The translations under genes and the position numbers were made by a program. 64,000 bases of DNA from a virus (lineage: Duplodnaviria; Caudoviricetes). Below are positions 1 to 9,850 of the stretch, in pieces. Each line of letters begins with the position of its first letter. Positions within the stretch are counted from its first letter, which is position 1. The notes under the pieces were generated by a model. That model ran no database searches, was not told the DNA's origin, and saw only the letters and a list, made by a program, of their open reading frames with translations. Where the stretch lies: the IMG/VR virus record IMGVR_UViG_2541047088_000005, positions 1,126-65,125 of that record; one strand, 5' to 3'.

Positions 1-25
1 TACCCGGGAGTTTTAGTCCCGGGTA
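1..25 (-). terminator. Stem-loop downstream of lysis cassette
   Basis: TACCCGGGA-gttttag-TCCCGGGTA; any U-tract would lie outside the window. Confidence 0.45.
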
Positions 26-34
26 TTCATATCC

Positions 35-217
35 TTATTTTTGATCCTTAAGTTTTACAGCAAAGAAAAACGATACTGCCATGGTTGCCATAGATGCAAG
101 CTTTTCTGGGTCTATTCTGTCCGTTGCTGTAAATCCTATCACAGCACCTACAAGGGCAAAGGTTACTATAGTTTTAACATCTATTAGTTTTGCAATTTTT
201 TCTTTCATAGATCTCAA
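35..217 (-). CDS. Small membrane protein, holin-like
   Basis: 60 aa, two hydrophobic segments, basic C-terminus, follows the endolysin. Confidence 0.55.
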   Translation of the reverse strand: MRSMKEKIAKLIDVKTIVTFALVGAVIGFTATDRIDPEKLASMATMAVSFFFAVKLKDQK

Positions 218-223
218 TCCTCC

Positions 224-880
224 TTATTTAATTGCATTGGCTATTTTAATAAATAATGCAGGTAAACTTGATACGGTCTTTTTTGCTTTATCTTCCGGCA
301 GTTTTGATAACCAATATTCAAGCGGCGAATCAACCTTATTACATATGATTTTTAATGCCTCACCATATGTCATTTCAGGCACTACATATTGTATGTATGG
401 GCATTTAAGCCAATGTGTCCATGGTGTAGCTCCTGAACCTTTAAGTGGTGTTTTTATTACGCCTGCTTTTGTCCCGTGAGCTTCTATTACTTGACCGTTG
501 CCTACGTATACTCCTATATGTCCCTTGTGCCACACACATACCCCTGATATTTCGGGAATAGTACTAATAGGCCCTTTTTCTTTTGCAGCCGTGTACATTC
601 CGTCAGCGTTCACATCATATTTACTTGTGTAAACAGGATTGTTTTTCCCCCAATCCCACCATAGATATGACTTGATAAGGTTGACACAGTCTGCTGTTCG
701 TCTTTCTATGTAATGTCCTTTAATAAAATTCAAATACCGCCCAACATCATCCCCACATTGCTTTAATTTTGCCTGTAAGATAGATTCTGTTAATACCTGT
801 CCGTACGTTCCCCGGACATATCCCCAACGTTCATTTAATGCCTTTTTGACGTGTTCAACTAACCCTATATTTGTTAACAT
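224..880 (-). CDS. Endolysin, NlpC/P60-like peptidase
   Basis: ADCVNLIK and GHIGVYVGNGQVIEAH motifs; position in lysis cassette. Confidence 0.75.
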   Translation of the reverse strand: MLTNIGLVEHVKKALNERWGYVRGTYGQVLTESILQAKLKQCGDDVGRYLNFIKGHYIERRTADCVNLIKSYLWWDWGKNNPVYTSKYDVNADGMYTAAKEKGPISTIPEISGVCVWHKGHIGVYVGNGQVIEAHGTKAGVIKTPLKGSGATPWTHWLKCPYIQYVVPEMTYGEALKIICNKVDSPLEYWLSKLPEDKAKKTVSSLPALFIKIANAIK

Positions 881-889
881 GTTTTCCTC

Positions 890-1144
890 CTATTTACCCG
901 TAAATTTTAAAGCCCCTACTATAGCACCGATAACGGTTATTGCTGTAGTAAGGGCTTTTATAAGCTCTAACATAATTGGCGACCAAGCTTTGTTGTCGCT
1001 CTCGTTTCTTTTTTTAATATCTGCCTTTATCTCGGTTAAGTCCTCCTTTATCGCTTTGACGTAAACTTTTGTTTCCGAATGGTTTTGCTCCAATGTTCTT
1101 ATCCGTTCTTCGTTTAAACAGTGGTACCCACATTCACCTGCCAT
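890..1144 (-). CDS. Holin/XhlA-like protein (start MAGECG)
   Basis: RBS upstream of ATG 1144; coiled-coil followed by C-terminal TM helix. Confidence 0.55.
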   Translation of the reverse strand: MAGECGYHCLNEERIRTLEQNHSETKVYVKAIKEDLTEIKADIKKRNESDNKAWSPIMLELIKALTTAITVIGAIVGALKFTGK

Positions 1145-1214
1145 CGACTCACTTCTTTCTGTCCTAAAATATAAAAGGACTACCCATTTCTGAGTAATCA
1201 TTTCAGGTATTATG

Positions 1215-1331
1215 TTAACCAATTATTTTGGATTTTTCCTCTGCCGTTATCCACCCCTTTGATACCGCAATATCAAGCTGTTTTTCTGTGAGTTCATTTA
1301 CCTTATGTAAGTAATTCAACCTTTCAAACAT
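1215..1331 (-). CDS. xkdX: XkdX-family small protein (38 aa, not in ORF track)
   Basis: MFERLNYLHKVNELTEKQLDIAVSKGWITAEEKSKIIG, GGAGG RBS; GWITxEE motif; follows tail fibre and XkdW-like gene. Confidence 0.75.
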   Translation of the reverse strand: MFERLNYLHKVNELTEKQLDIAVSKGWITAEEKSKIIG

Positions 1332-1334
1332 ACT

Positions 1335-1628
1335 TTATACCTCCTGTAAATTTGATGTGATTAGAGTGTCAATTTGTGCCTGCATATTAAGATTGTCCAA
1401 GATTAATGTATCAACCATTTTCTGTAGCTTTTCAATTTCTGTTTTCTCTACAATAAGTTTTTGACCGTCCCTATAAAAATACCCGTCCTTGTAAGAATCT
1501 CCTATAGCAACGGGAATGGTTCCACAAATGATAAGACCATTTGAATAAGCAAATGATTGATCAGCTATAATAATATTTTCTACAGTTGTTCCGTCCTGTG
1601 CTAGTATCGCACATCTTAGATTTTCCAT
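1335..1628 (-). CDS. XkdW-like tail-fibre-associated protein
   Basis: Between fibre and xkdX; close paralogue at 19385..19672. Confidence 0.55.
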   Translation of the reverse strand: MENLRCAILAQDGTTVENIIIADQSFAYSNGLIICGTIPVAIGDSYKDGYFYRDGQKLIVEKTEIEKLQKMVDTLILDNLNMQAQIDTLITSNLQEV

Positions 1629-1639
1629 GATACCCTCCT

Positions 1640-3391
1640 CTAATAACCCCATCGTATAATTACTATTCCACTACCACCAGTTCCTCTAGTACTACTTCCG
1701 TAGCCACCGCCACCACCTCCTCCACCGTAGCCACCACCACCATTACCTCCACCACATCCCATGACTCCTACACTACCAGTTTGACCAGCACTTCCAGACC
1801 CAGCTGTAAAAGATGATGTCCCGGGGTCTCCAGACGTTCCTACACCAGTTGATGTATTTCCCCCTGCTCCCCCAGCACCACCTCCGGCATGTATCCTACC
1901 CCAAAAATCAGTAGTTGGTGTGCCCTGTCCCGTACCGTTGGAGCCAGCACCAGAAGAACCTTTAATATAATATGCGGGAGTACCATTGCCACCATTAGAA
2001 CCTGCTACACCACCCGCAGACCATGTACTAGATGATAAAATCATACCTCCTCCTCCAGCAGAACCACCATTGGCTCCATTACTGGAAGTTGCACCCCCAC
2101 CTCCAGAAGCTGAAGTCAACCAGGTATAAGTACTTGAGCCACCTGTGGAGCCTGCTGTGCCCCCTGCACCTACAGTAATGGTTACAGGAGTTGAGGGTTT
2201 TACCTTATAGAAAGTCTTTGTATAACCTCCTGCCCCTCCACCGCCACCTACATATGAATTCCCTGAACTACTACCTCCGCCACCTCCACCTACCAGGAAT
2301 ACGTCAACAGTTTGGGGAAGTCTATCACTGAAAGAAAGCGTACCTGAGGAATAACATTCTATATAACCTTTTGTAGCTGTTTCTGCAACGATTTTACATG
2401 AACCTGTATAGTTAACTTGCAAAGGTTTACCACCGCTACCACTACGAATAAAAAAATTGCTACCTACCCTCACAAAACTGTAAGGCTTATTAGCTTTCAT
2501 TGCTCCTTCTGTTAATGCAACACCGTCTGCATCTAAAAGCGGTGTTGCACCTAACCCACTAACATTTAACTTTGGTGATGCACTGCAATCAACATTCGGT
2601 ATTATAGTTATTGGTAGGCCATCTTCATATGCGGTTAACGGAGGAGTAAGAGTTACTTTATATTCGGTTGATGTACTATCACTATCTACTTTCCCACTAT
2701 ACGGTTGTCTCACATAATCGGATAAATGAGTGTCAAGGTTGGATGTATTATCATTAATCAAATTTAAAAGATTACCGGCAGTATTTTCGTCAAGGATATC
2801 CTTTAAGTTCTCTACCCATGTTATAAAATCCTCATTTTTTTCTTTCTTAAAACTATCTAGTGCAGCCTGATATTGATTGAAAATTTCTGAAGTATTTACC
2901 TGTTCTACTGTTCCATGAACTATTCCACATAAATCACTGTTCAATCTTTGATCTGTAATGTTTGCTTGTAATATTGCGGTGTCTCCATTATTAATTAAGA
3001 TGTCAGCTATAGCAAGTTCATATATATCTGCATTCCTTGTCAATGTTCGGGCTGTTGGTGTACTTGCCGGAGTCCCTTTCAAAACTGATAAAGCAATTTG
3101 CCTATTCAGATGATCCAGCCTCAATACAATCCTGTCAATTCTCTTTAATACACCGTCAGCCACATCTATTGACATATTGAATGTACCGGTATTTTCATAG
3201 TAATATCCATTTATCCATGCTTTCCCAGCAGCGACTGAAATGTTCATTCCACCTGAAGCTGTCACGGCTAAATTGTTACCCGGATTTGGATACACTCCGT
3301 TACCGATAAAGCTCCCGAAATAGGCAGCATAATCGGAGGCATTGTATTTTCTGTCCCCGTTTATACTGTTAAAAAAACTGCTTTTCTGCAC
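1640..3391 (-). CDS. Tail fibre / receptor-binding protein with glycine-rich C-terminal domain
   Basis: Siphovirus-type N-terminus (FFNSINGDRKY, RIDRIVLRLD); DVFLVGGGGGG Gly-rich tip. Confidence 0.8.
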   Translation of the reverse strand: MQKSSFFNSINGDRKYNASDYAAYFGSFIGNGVYPNPGNNLAVTASGGMNISVAAGKAWINGYYYENTGTFNMSIDVADGVLKRIDRIVLRLDHLNRQIALSVLKGTPASTPTARTLTRNADIYELAIADILINNGDTAILQANITDQRLNSDLCGIVHGTVEQVNTSEIFNQYQAALDSFKKEKNEDFITWVENLKDILDENTAGNLLNLINDNTSNLDTHLSDYVRQPYSGKVDSDSTSTEYKVTLTPPLTAYEDGLPITIIPNVDCSASPKLNVSGLGATPLLDADGVALTEGAMKANKPYSFVRVGSNFFIRSGSGGKPLQVNYTGSCKIVAETATKGYIECYSSGTLSFSDRLPQTVDVFLVGGGGGGSSSGNSYVGGGGGAGGYTKTFYKVKPSTPVTITVGAGGTAGSTGGSSTYTWLTSASGGGGATSSNGANGGSAGGGGMILSSSTWSAGGVAGSNGGNGTPAYYIKGSSGAGSNGTGQGTPTTDFWGRIHAGGGAGGAGGNTSTGVGTSGDPGTSSFTAGSGSAGQTGSVGVMGCGGGNGGGGYGGGGGGGGYGSSTRGTGGSGIVIIRWGY

Positions 3392-3394
3392 TGT

Positions 3395-4429
3395 TTATTC
3401 CCCCTTCAATATATCCTTCAATTCCGGAAGTGGACTCCCGAAAGTAGGTGTTAGTGTTATGATACCGTTTTCATATACCTCTTCGATTTCGGTTATACGA
3501 ACATCAATGACTTTGTTCCAAGCTCGATTTCTACAGGTGACAATATCTCCAAGGTCAAAATCCTTTTTATATACCAAACTAGATTGAAAATTTACATTGC
3601 TTTCAAAAGTTTCATTTTTGACTGACTGAGCCAAAGCTTCATTTCCACGTTGGATTAACAATGCCTTGTAGACATTCTCCGTTAAATCACCTTTTTGTAT
3701 GTCCTTGGCATCAACGAATAATTCCCGTCTTTCAAGGCCTGTTGTATCTCCCACCGTAACAATTATTCTGGCTGTTCCTTCTCCCTCTCCGCCAACTATA
3801 GCCACTGTCTTATAATTTTCAGTTTCAAGAGAATATTTACTATCGGTTACATTTTCAAACTCTTCGGAGAAAATGGCCCTTGGATATACTTTCTGTGCTG
3901 CACTTCTGTTAATCCCCTGATAACATTCAAACAAAAGCTTTTTATCTTTTCTGTCGAATCTAACCCTGTATCCGATATTGCTTACCTGAGCGATTTTAGT
4001 TAATGTGGTGCATACATTTTTGTAAGTTATCTGCAAATCAACTGTTTCTGTATAGTTTTTTAGCTCTCCCAGTTCCAGAAACGGTATTGAATTCATATTA
4101 CTTACAAGTGTCCGCATGGCAAGTTCAGCTGTGGTATTCAACACGGTTTCCTTCATTACGATTCGCCGTTCAGTGAGGGACGATAAAAAACGTCCTTTAA
4201 CTGCAAGGTCATCTTTATCTATACTGATTCCCTCAATTATTCCGGCTTCATTTGCATCCCGCCGGGCAATTATATTGTCCTCTTCAAGTAGCTTCATATT
4301 TTCAGCAGTGTACTTTAAATGAAGTCCAAATTCTCCGGGCTGAAAATACCTTCTCCGCCACCTCAAACTGTCAAACACATCAATAAGTCCAATTAAATCA
4401 AGGCTTCTGTTATATATGTAAAGTTCCAT
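3395..4429 (-). CDS. Siphovirus Gp37-like minor tail/hub protein
   Basis: MELYIYNRS...WRRRYFQPGEF...DFDLGDIVT; follows Dit. Confidence 0.7.
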   Translation of the reverse strand: MELYIYNRSLDLIGLIDVFDSLRWRRRYFQPGEFGLHLKYTAENMKLLEEDNIIARRDANEAGIIEGISIDKDDLAVKGRFLSSLTERRIVMKETVLNTTAELAMRTLVSNMNSIPFLELGELKNYTETVDLQITYKNVCTTLTKIAQVSNIGYRVRFDRKDKKLLFECYQGINRSAAQKVYPRAIFSEEFENVTDSKYSLETENYKTVAIVGGEGEGTARIIVTVGDTTGLERRELFVDAKDIQKGDLTENVYKALLIQRGNEALAQSVKNETFESNVNFQSSLVYKKDFDLGDIVTCRNRAWNKVIDVRITEIEEVYENGIITLTPTFGSPLPELKDILKGE

Positions 4430-4430
4430 A

Positions 4431-5285
4431 TCACACCCCCAAATAGGCCGGAGTATAGTAAATTGATACTTCCAAGTTGTTGAGGTTTTGGTCTGCGTTG
4501 TACCTGATAAGATTATCTCCCGGCCCAAATTGCAGAAATACGCTGTCAGAATCAAGAGCATTAATCACGTTTGTTATAATTCCTGATCTGTTTAATTCTG
4601 CTCTTTTCTTTCCATATAGGGTACTTACTGTTATAATATCTCCGGCCTCCATTTCAATATTAATTTTAAGCTCCTGCTGCTTGTAAACATCAAAAATACT
4701 CGGATTTAACACACTTCCCAAAGCTTTAAATTCGACTACCATTCCAAGTGGTATGTCTCCGTAATTGATTACATTGACCACAAGACTCAATTGTCTTTGG
4801 CCCATTTCAATTCCATTAGGTATTATTTCAAGTGGAAATTCAAATGCTGGCAACCAGGAAGCAATATTATTACGGATACTGTTGATATCCTCCCAAAATG
4901 GGCTTGGACATAGTAAACTTAGTGATGCGGTCTTTAGAATTTTATTATCATTAATTTCAAGACTTTCAACTCTGCATGAAATTTTTCTCTTTATGTTATC
5001 CTGTTCAAATATCAGAGTACCTTCCGACTTAGGGATAAAAACACTGTATAGAAGATTCCTATTGGCTGAATAGTTGTTCTCAATCTGAAAATCAATAACA
5101 ATATTCCTCATTGCTAATGTGCTGCCTATATAGCTTTCACCGTCCTGACCCGAGCCTTTGGATGTATTGATTTTTGTCTTAGGGGTACTTGTACCTCCAT
5201 CAAAGTTGACTAAATAAAAAGGATCGAAGTACCCTATTTTAATACTTCGACCCTTATTATTTATATATGTTAATATCTTTGGCAT
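4431..5285 (-). CDS. Distal tail protein (Dit)
   Basis: Follows tape measure; GQDGESYIGSTL and GDNLIRY motifs. Confidence 0.7.
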   Translation of the reverse strand: MPKILTYINNKGRSIKIGYFDPFYLVNFDGGTSTPKTKINTSKGSGQDGESYIGSTLAMRNIVIDFQIENNYSANRNLLYSVFIPKSEGTLIFEQDNIKRKISCRVESLEINDNKILKTASLSLLCPSPFWEDINSIRNNIASWLPAFEFPLEIIPNGIEMGQRQLSLVVNVINYGDIPLGMVVEFKALGSVLNPSIFDVYKQQELKINIEMEAGDIITVSTLYGKKRAELNRSGIITNVINALDSDSVFLQFGPGDNLIRYNADQNLNNLEVSIYYTPAYLGV

Positions 5286-5286
5286 T

Positions 5287-7395
5287 TTACACCCCCAGAA
5301 CCAAACGCCTTGAAGCATTTCTGGTCTGCCTTGCAACTTCTGCTGGTGTTAAAGGTGTAGGACTGTAAATGTTAACAGTCTGGTTGTAATCTCCCGGATG
5401 ACCAGAGCCACTGGATGAACTGTTGTTGCCCGGTATATAATCCTTTTTGTTAACAGGTATCGCCTTTGCCATGTTTGACGATACACTTCCCATTTCTGCT
5501 TCAAAGCCCATGCCGATTCCCTGGGCCATGTATTTACCTACCTCGTCAGCTAACACACGAGAAGGGGAATGTATATCAAGAACCGACTTAATACTGTTTA
5601 CTATTCCATTTGCAAATCCGGTAATTTTATCTTTTAGCCATCCTACTGCACCCGTCATGCCATTCCATATCCCTTCAACAATGTTTTTGCCTATATTAGC
5701 CATTTTGTTTGGCAGCTCCAACATGAACCCAACAAATTTTGCTATAAACGAAGGCAGGTTATTATTAGCCCAATTGATAAGTTCTGATTTGAGATTATTG
5801 AATTTATCCTTAATCCCGATTATTGCATTCCACACCTTGCCCGGCAGTCCCTTAAAAAATTTAACGACATCATTGACAAAACCATCCACAAAGTTCTTAA
5901 AACCGTCACAGTTGTCATACAGCAATTTGAATGCTCCGGCAAAAGGATTGACTATCATTAATAGCAGTGCTTGCCAATTACCTTTTATAAAGTCAATTAC
6001 GGTATTAAAAACACCTTTCACTTTTTCAACGGCTGTAAAAACGGCACTTTTTATCTTTTCCCATATTCCGATTATGGCATCTCTAAAATCTTCATTTGTG
6101 TTCCACAACACTATTATTGCAGCAACTAATCCAGCCACCAATGTTGCTATTAAAGCTATTGGATTTGCTGTCATTGCAAGATTGAATAGTTTTTGAGCTA
6201 ATGTAGCACCTTCTAGCGCTTTTGTAAACCCAATAATCCCCTGCACCATAGTAACTATATTCCAAGCAGCCAAACCAACTCCAATTGCCGTGATAGTCGC
6301 TAAAACAATAGCTTGATTATCTACTATCCATCTGACAACATTTTCAATTAATTTAGACAAGTTTTCTATAGCAGGAACTAACTTTTCAGCGATTTGACCT
6401 CCAATTACTCCGAAACTGCTCATAGCAGTTGCCTTCAATTTGTCTACCCCATCAGCAAAGGCATTAGCACCATCTAAAGCTTCTTGGGATAAAATCAAAC
6501 CTGCGGCTTCCGCTTCTTCTCCATATTTCTTTAAATCTTCGGCACCGCCAAGTATCAATGGATTTAAATCTTGAGCAGACTTACCAAATATTTGCATAGC
6601 AAGTGCATCTCTTTGGGTTTCATTCTCCATTTTACCAAGAGCATCTATTACTTCATTAAACACATCTTGATTATCTCTTAATTTCCCTTCATTGTCTGTT
6701 ATGGTTATTCCTAAAGCCTTGAATGCTTCTTCTTGGTTTTTGCTACCTTGTCGTGCGCTTTCCATATTTCTTGTGAGTTTTGCCATAGAGCCTGTTAAAG
6801 TTTCCATGGATACATCTATTCTATCACTAGCATACTGGAATTTCTGTATCTGTTCAGTTGATAATCCCGTCTGTTTTGCCAGTGTATTGATATCATCAGC
6901 TGCAGCTCCTGCTTGTACAGCCATACCTATTAACCCAGTACCTATTCCAGCTGCCGCAACTGTTGCGCCCTTCATAAAGTTATTCATTTTCTCAGATTTT
7001 TCTCCAAGAAAATCAATTTCTTTATTGGTCTTTTTAGCCTGGTCTTCTATCTTCTTTAGTTCGATTTCGGTTTTTGCAACTTCTCTTTGAAAGGCTCTGT
7101 ATTGCTCTTCGGATATTTTTCCTTGCTTAACTTGCTCTTGAACCTGTTTTTCAGCTTCTTTGAGGGTATTCAGTTTACTTTTTGTATTGTCAACCGAATC
7201 TGCAAGAAGTTTCTGCTTCTGTGCTAGAAGTTCAGTATTGGTGGGGTCAAGCTTTAAAAGCCTTTCAACCTGTCTTAACTCGTTCTGTAAACCCCTACTT
7301 GTCTTATCTACATCACCAAGTGCTTTATTTAATGGCCCTGTATTACCGCCAATTTCAACTGTTATTCCTTTTATTGTTCCTCCTGCCAATGTCAT
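5287..7395 (-). CDS. Tape measure protein (outer phage)
   Basis: IKGITVEIGG N-terminus, coiled-coil, amphipathic Trp/Phe repeats. Confidence 0.9.
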   Translation of the reverse strand: MTLAGGTIKGITVEIGGNTGPLNKALGDVDKTSRGLQNELRQVERLLKLDPTNTELLAQKQKLLADSVDNTKSKLNTLKEAEKQVQEQVKQGKISEEQYRAFQREVAKTEIELKKIEDQAKKTNKEIDFLGEKSEKMNNFMKGATVAAAGIGTGLIGMAVQAGAAADDINTLAKQTGLSTEQIQKFQYASDRIDVSMETLTGSMAKLTRNMESARQGSKNQEEAFKALGITITDNEGKLRDNQDVFNEVIDALGKMENETQRDALAMQIFGKSAQDLNPLILGGAEDLKKYGEEAEAAGLILSQEALDGANAFADGVDKLKATAMSSFGVIGGQIAEKLVPAIENLSKLIENVVRWIVDNQAIVLATITAIGVGLAAWNIVTMVQGIIGFTKALEGATLAQKLFNLAMTANPIALIATLVAGLVAAIIVLWNTNEDFRDAIIGIWEKIKSAVFTAVEKVKGVFNTVIDFIKGNWQALLLMIVNPFAGAFKLLYDNCDGFKNFVDGFVNDVVKFFKGLPGKVWNAIIGIKDKFNNLKSELINWANNNLPSFIAKFVGFMLELPNKMANIGKNIVEGIWNGMTGAVGWLKDKITGFANGIVNSIKSVLDIHSPSRVLADEVGKYMAQGIGMGFEAEMGSVSSNMAKAIPVNKKDYIPGNNSSSSGSGHPGDYNQTVNIYSPTPLTPAEVARQTRNASRRLVLGV

Positions 7396-7670
7396 TCCTC
7401 CTTTCCGAAGTTCTTCCTCAACTTAGCTCTATCTGGTTTGGTCTGCTCAAGGATCCAGCTCCTTTCTAAATACTTTTGCCCCTCTTCTGATTGCATGTAT
7501 TTATATATAACTGCATCTCGAAGTATAGCTTGATACTCAAAAACATTAAGTTCATATATTTGAGCAAAATTAAAGCCAGTATATTCAGATACCAGCTTTT
7601 CTTCAATATAATTTAGTTTATAATGCCCCTCGTCTGTATCATCAGGACAGCGAGGGATTTTTAGTTTGGG
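7392..7670 (-). CDS. -1 frame extension of tail assembly chaperone (lambda gpGT-like)
   Basis: Open frame PKLKIPRCPDD...KNFGKEE* with no early start codon, entered at slippery CCCAAAC (7664-7670). Confidence 0.75.
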   Translation of the reverse strand, partial: PKLKIPRCPDDTDEGHYKLNYIEEKLVSEYTGFNFAQIYELNVFEYQAILRDAVIYKYMQSEEGQKYLERSWILEQTKPDRAKLRKNFGKEE

Positions 7671-7957
7671 CTGTTCTTGGTTTCGCTAATCCATTTGAAG
7701 TACTCTGTAAGAATAAGACTTACTTGATCCATGTCAAGATCATCAATGACACTGTCTGGAACTGTATACCCTGATTTATTTTTATTCAAAATCATTTCCA
7801 AAGATTTAAATAAACCATCAACTACCTCCGGCCCTTTACTTTGGGTTAATTCGATAACTTTATTTAGAACTTTCTTTGTTGGAGGCTCTACATCAAGTAC
7901 AATACCTCCAATTTTTATTGTAAAATATCTCTTATTTGCAGAATTAATATCAAACAT
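7661..7957 (-). CDS. Tail assembly chaperone (gpG-like)
   Basis: Between major tail and tape measure genes; ends at slippery site. Confidence 0.75.
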   Translation of the reverse strand: MFDINSANKRYFTIKIGGIVLDVEPPTKKVLNKVIELTQSKGPEVVDGLFKSLEMILNKNKSGYTVPDSVIDDLDMDQVSLILTEYFKWISETKNSPN

Positions 7958-8005
7958 ATTTTTATCACCTCTTTATAATTCAAGGGGCCATAAGGCCCCT
8001 GTCAA

Positions 8006-8551
8006 TTAACCTGCTAACGGAATTTTCTCTTCATATTTTATAAGTGTTCCTTCGTTATCCTGTGGCTGTGCCTTAAATTCTGCATCAATGACTGTTTCCT
8101 TATCCTTCTTGAAAGCCAAGGAAAATCCCGCCTGATTTTGACCAACTATAGTAACCCTGATATCACCATCCACCGGGTCTTCATGTACAAAATGTAAGAC
8201 ATATTTTTTGCCGTTGTCATTTCCTACTCCACCGATTTTTACGGTTCTTACTCCGGCGGCCTCGGTTACTCGTGCTGTACTACAGAGTTTTCCAAGTGTT
8301 TTTCCGTTCCATGTCATTATTCCGGATTTTAGAGTAGCTTCTTCTTCAGTAATTATTACTTTCGTGACTTTCCCCATATCGTCCTTAGCTTCATAAAATT
8401 TGGGCTTATACTCTAAGCTTGCACCACCCTGTATTAATCCAAGCAAATTTTCCTCTGTTTCAATTACATTGTTTTCAGGCACCGTTCCCGTGAACTCGGT
8501 ACAATACAAATACCCACTGCCTAAAACTATTTTTTCTCCCTCTGTGGCCAT
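8006..8551 (-). CDS. Major tail protein
   Basis: Position; IVLGSG, LGLIQGGASLEY motifs. Confidence 0.75.
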   Translation of the reverse strand: MATEGEKIVLGSGYLYCTEFTGTVPENNVIETEENLLGLIQGGASLEYKPKFYEAKDDMGKVTKVIITEEEATLKSGIMTWNGKTLGKLCSTARVTEAAGVRTVKIGGVGNDNGKKYVLHFVHEDPVDGDIRVTIVGQNQAGFSLAFKKDKETVIDAEFKAQPQDNEGTLIKYEEKIPLAG

Positions 8552-8552
8552 T

Positions 8553-8879
8553 TTATCTGCTCCTTTCGGTTAACGTAATTTGATAAACAACCTGATATAA
8601 AGCCTCTGATTGTATGTATTCTTCAAAGGTTTTGTATTCTGGGTCTATTGTGTTCAATATTTCTTCGATTTTGTGCTCTGCTTCCAAGTCTTTTTTAACA
8701 GTGTAAAGTTCGATCTGATAATTTTTAAACTTTCCATGCACTTTGTAGTCTGATGAAATATTCTCATCAGTAGTCCTAATGTAAACGATGTACGGCGGAT
8801 CCGGCGATGTTGTAAAATGATGGTATGCCACGGGATATCCAGTTGATTTTAACTGATTGCACAGCTCAATTTGTGTCAT
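8553..8879 (-). CDS. Tail terminator protein
   Basis: Position; LKSTGYPVAYHHF...PPYIVY. Confidence 0.65.
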   Translation of the reverse strand: MTQIELCNQLKSTGYPVAYHHFTTSPDPPYIVYIRTTDENISSDYKVHGKFKNYQIELYTVKKDLEAEHKIEEILNTIDPEYKTFEEYIQSEALYQVVYQITLTERSR

Positions 8880-9247
8880 TTTTGCACCGCCCTTTCAATC
8901 CGTTCAACAAGTTCTTTCTTCGCCTTTTCTTCATTTGTAGAAATATGCGGCCTACCTTCTACCCTTCCGCCGCCTGTCTTAGCGTGTCCGAATTCCAGTA
9001 GGTGTGTCAGCTGATAGTCCGTGGCATTGTAAGTAGTCAGCCGGATATTGTCTCTATCTTCGTATTCCACCTTTGACCGCCAACCTTTAGCATATTTCCC
9101 CGTACCGTCAAACAGGGTTTTACTATCCTGTCTAATAGCTTCGGTCATTTCCTTGCTTACATCCTTGCAGGTCTTTTTTACCTCCTGAGTTACCTCTGTA
9201 GAATACTCAGACAATACTGCTGCCAATTGTGCTTCCAGGTCACTCAT
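8876..9247 (-). CDS. HK97 gp10-like neck protein
   Basis: TGKYAKGW...THLLEFGH...GRPHI. Confidence 0.75.
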   Translation of the reverse strand: MSDLEAQLAAVLSEYSTEVTQEVKKTCKDVSKEMTEAIRQDSKTLFDGTGKYAKGWRSKVEYEDRDNIRLTTYNATDYQLTHLLEFGHAKTGGGRVEGRPHISTNEEKAKKELVERIERAVQK

Positions 9248-9585
9248 ACAACACCTGCTTTCCTGTTGCAGTACAATTCCAACAACCCGCCACCCCGTGG
9301 ATATGTACGGTATATGCTATATGTCTTGTCCTCATATTTAATGGTCGTTTCCCCATCGTATTCCTCTAAATCTATAACGAGCAAATGTTCAGGTTTTATT
9401 CCAGACTGTCCTGCATTATAAAATTCGGATGAGTTGACAGGTAATTCAGCACAGTAAACAAGCCTCTCCATTGGAGTTTTCAACTGATTTCCTATATTGT
9501 CATCACTAACGGTTGTTGATAGCAGATAGCAAACAAGGTCCAGCGATATGCTTTCCTTATTAGATATACTTTTACGTTTCAGCAT
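9244..9585 (-). CDS. Head closure / head-tail adaptor
   Basis: Position; EFYNAGQSGIKPE...YSIYRTY. Confidence 0.7.
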   Translation of the reverse strand: MLKRKSISNKESISLDLVCYLLSTTVSDDNIGNQLKTPMERLVYCAELPVNSSEFYNAGQSGIKPEHLLVIDLEEYDGETTIKYEDKTYSIYRTYPRGGGLLELYCNRKAGVV

Positions 9586-9847
9586 ATCGGGACCTCGCTT
9601 TCACTACCCGGTTTCTCAACCTATATGTCAAGTTTTGAGGTAGTCCTACATCTTCCTGCCGTTTTCGATACTTCCATGCGGCATAGTCGGATAATAGCAT
9701 TTGGTCTTCCACATTACTTAAATCCAGAGTTATTCCCCTATCCTCAATTTCCTTTTGTGCTGCCAAAATCGTTGAAGTGAAATAAGCATCTCTTAAGTCA
9801 TGAGTTATACCAAGGTCAATTTTCAGAAGATTTAATATAATTTCCAT
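9572..9847 (-). CDS. Head-tail connector (gp6-like)
   Basis: LLKIDLGITHDLRDAY; follows capsid. Confidence 0.7.
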   Translation of the reverse strand: MEIILNLLKIDLGITHDLRDAYFTSTILAAQKEIEDRGITLDLSNVEDQMLLSDYAAWKYRKRQEDVGLPQNLTYRLRNRVVKARSRYAET

Positions 9848-9850
9848 GTC

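Noticed and set aside
5447-6196. 249-aa plus-strand ORF
   Set aside because: Antisense shadow of the tape measure gene; no recognisable motifs
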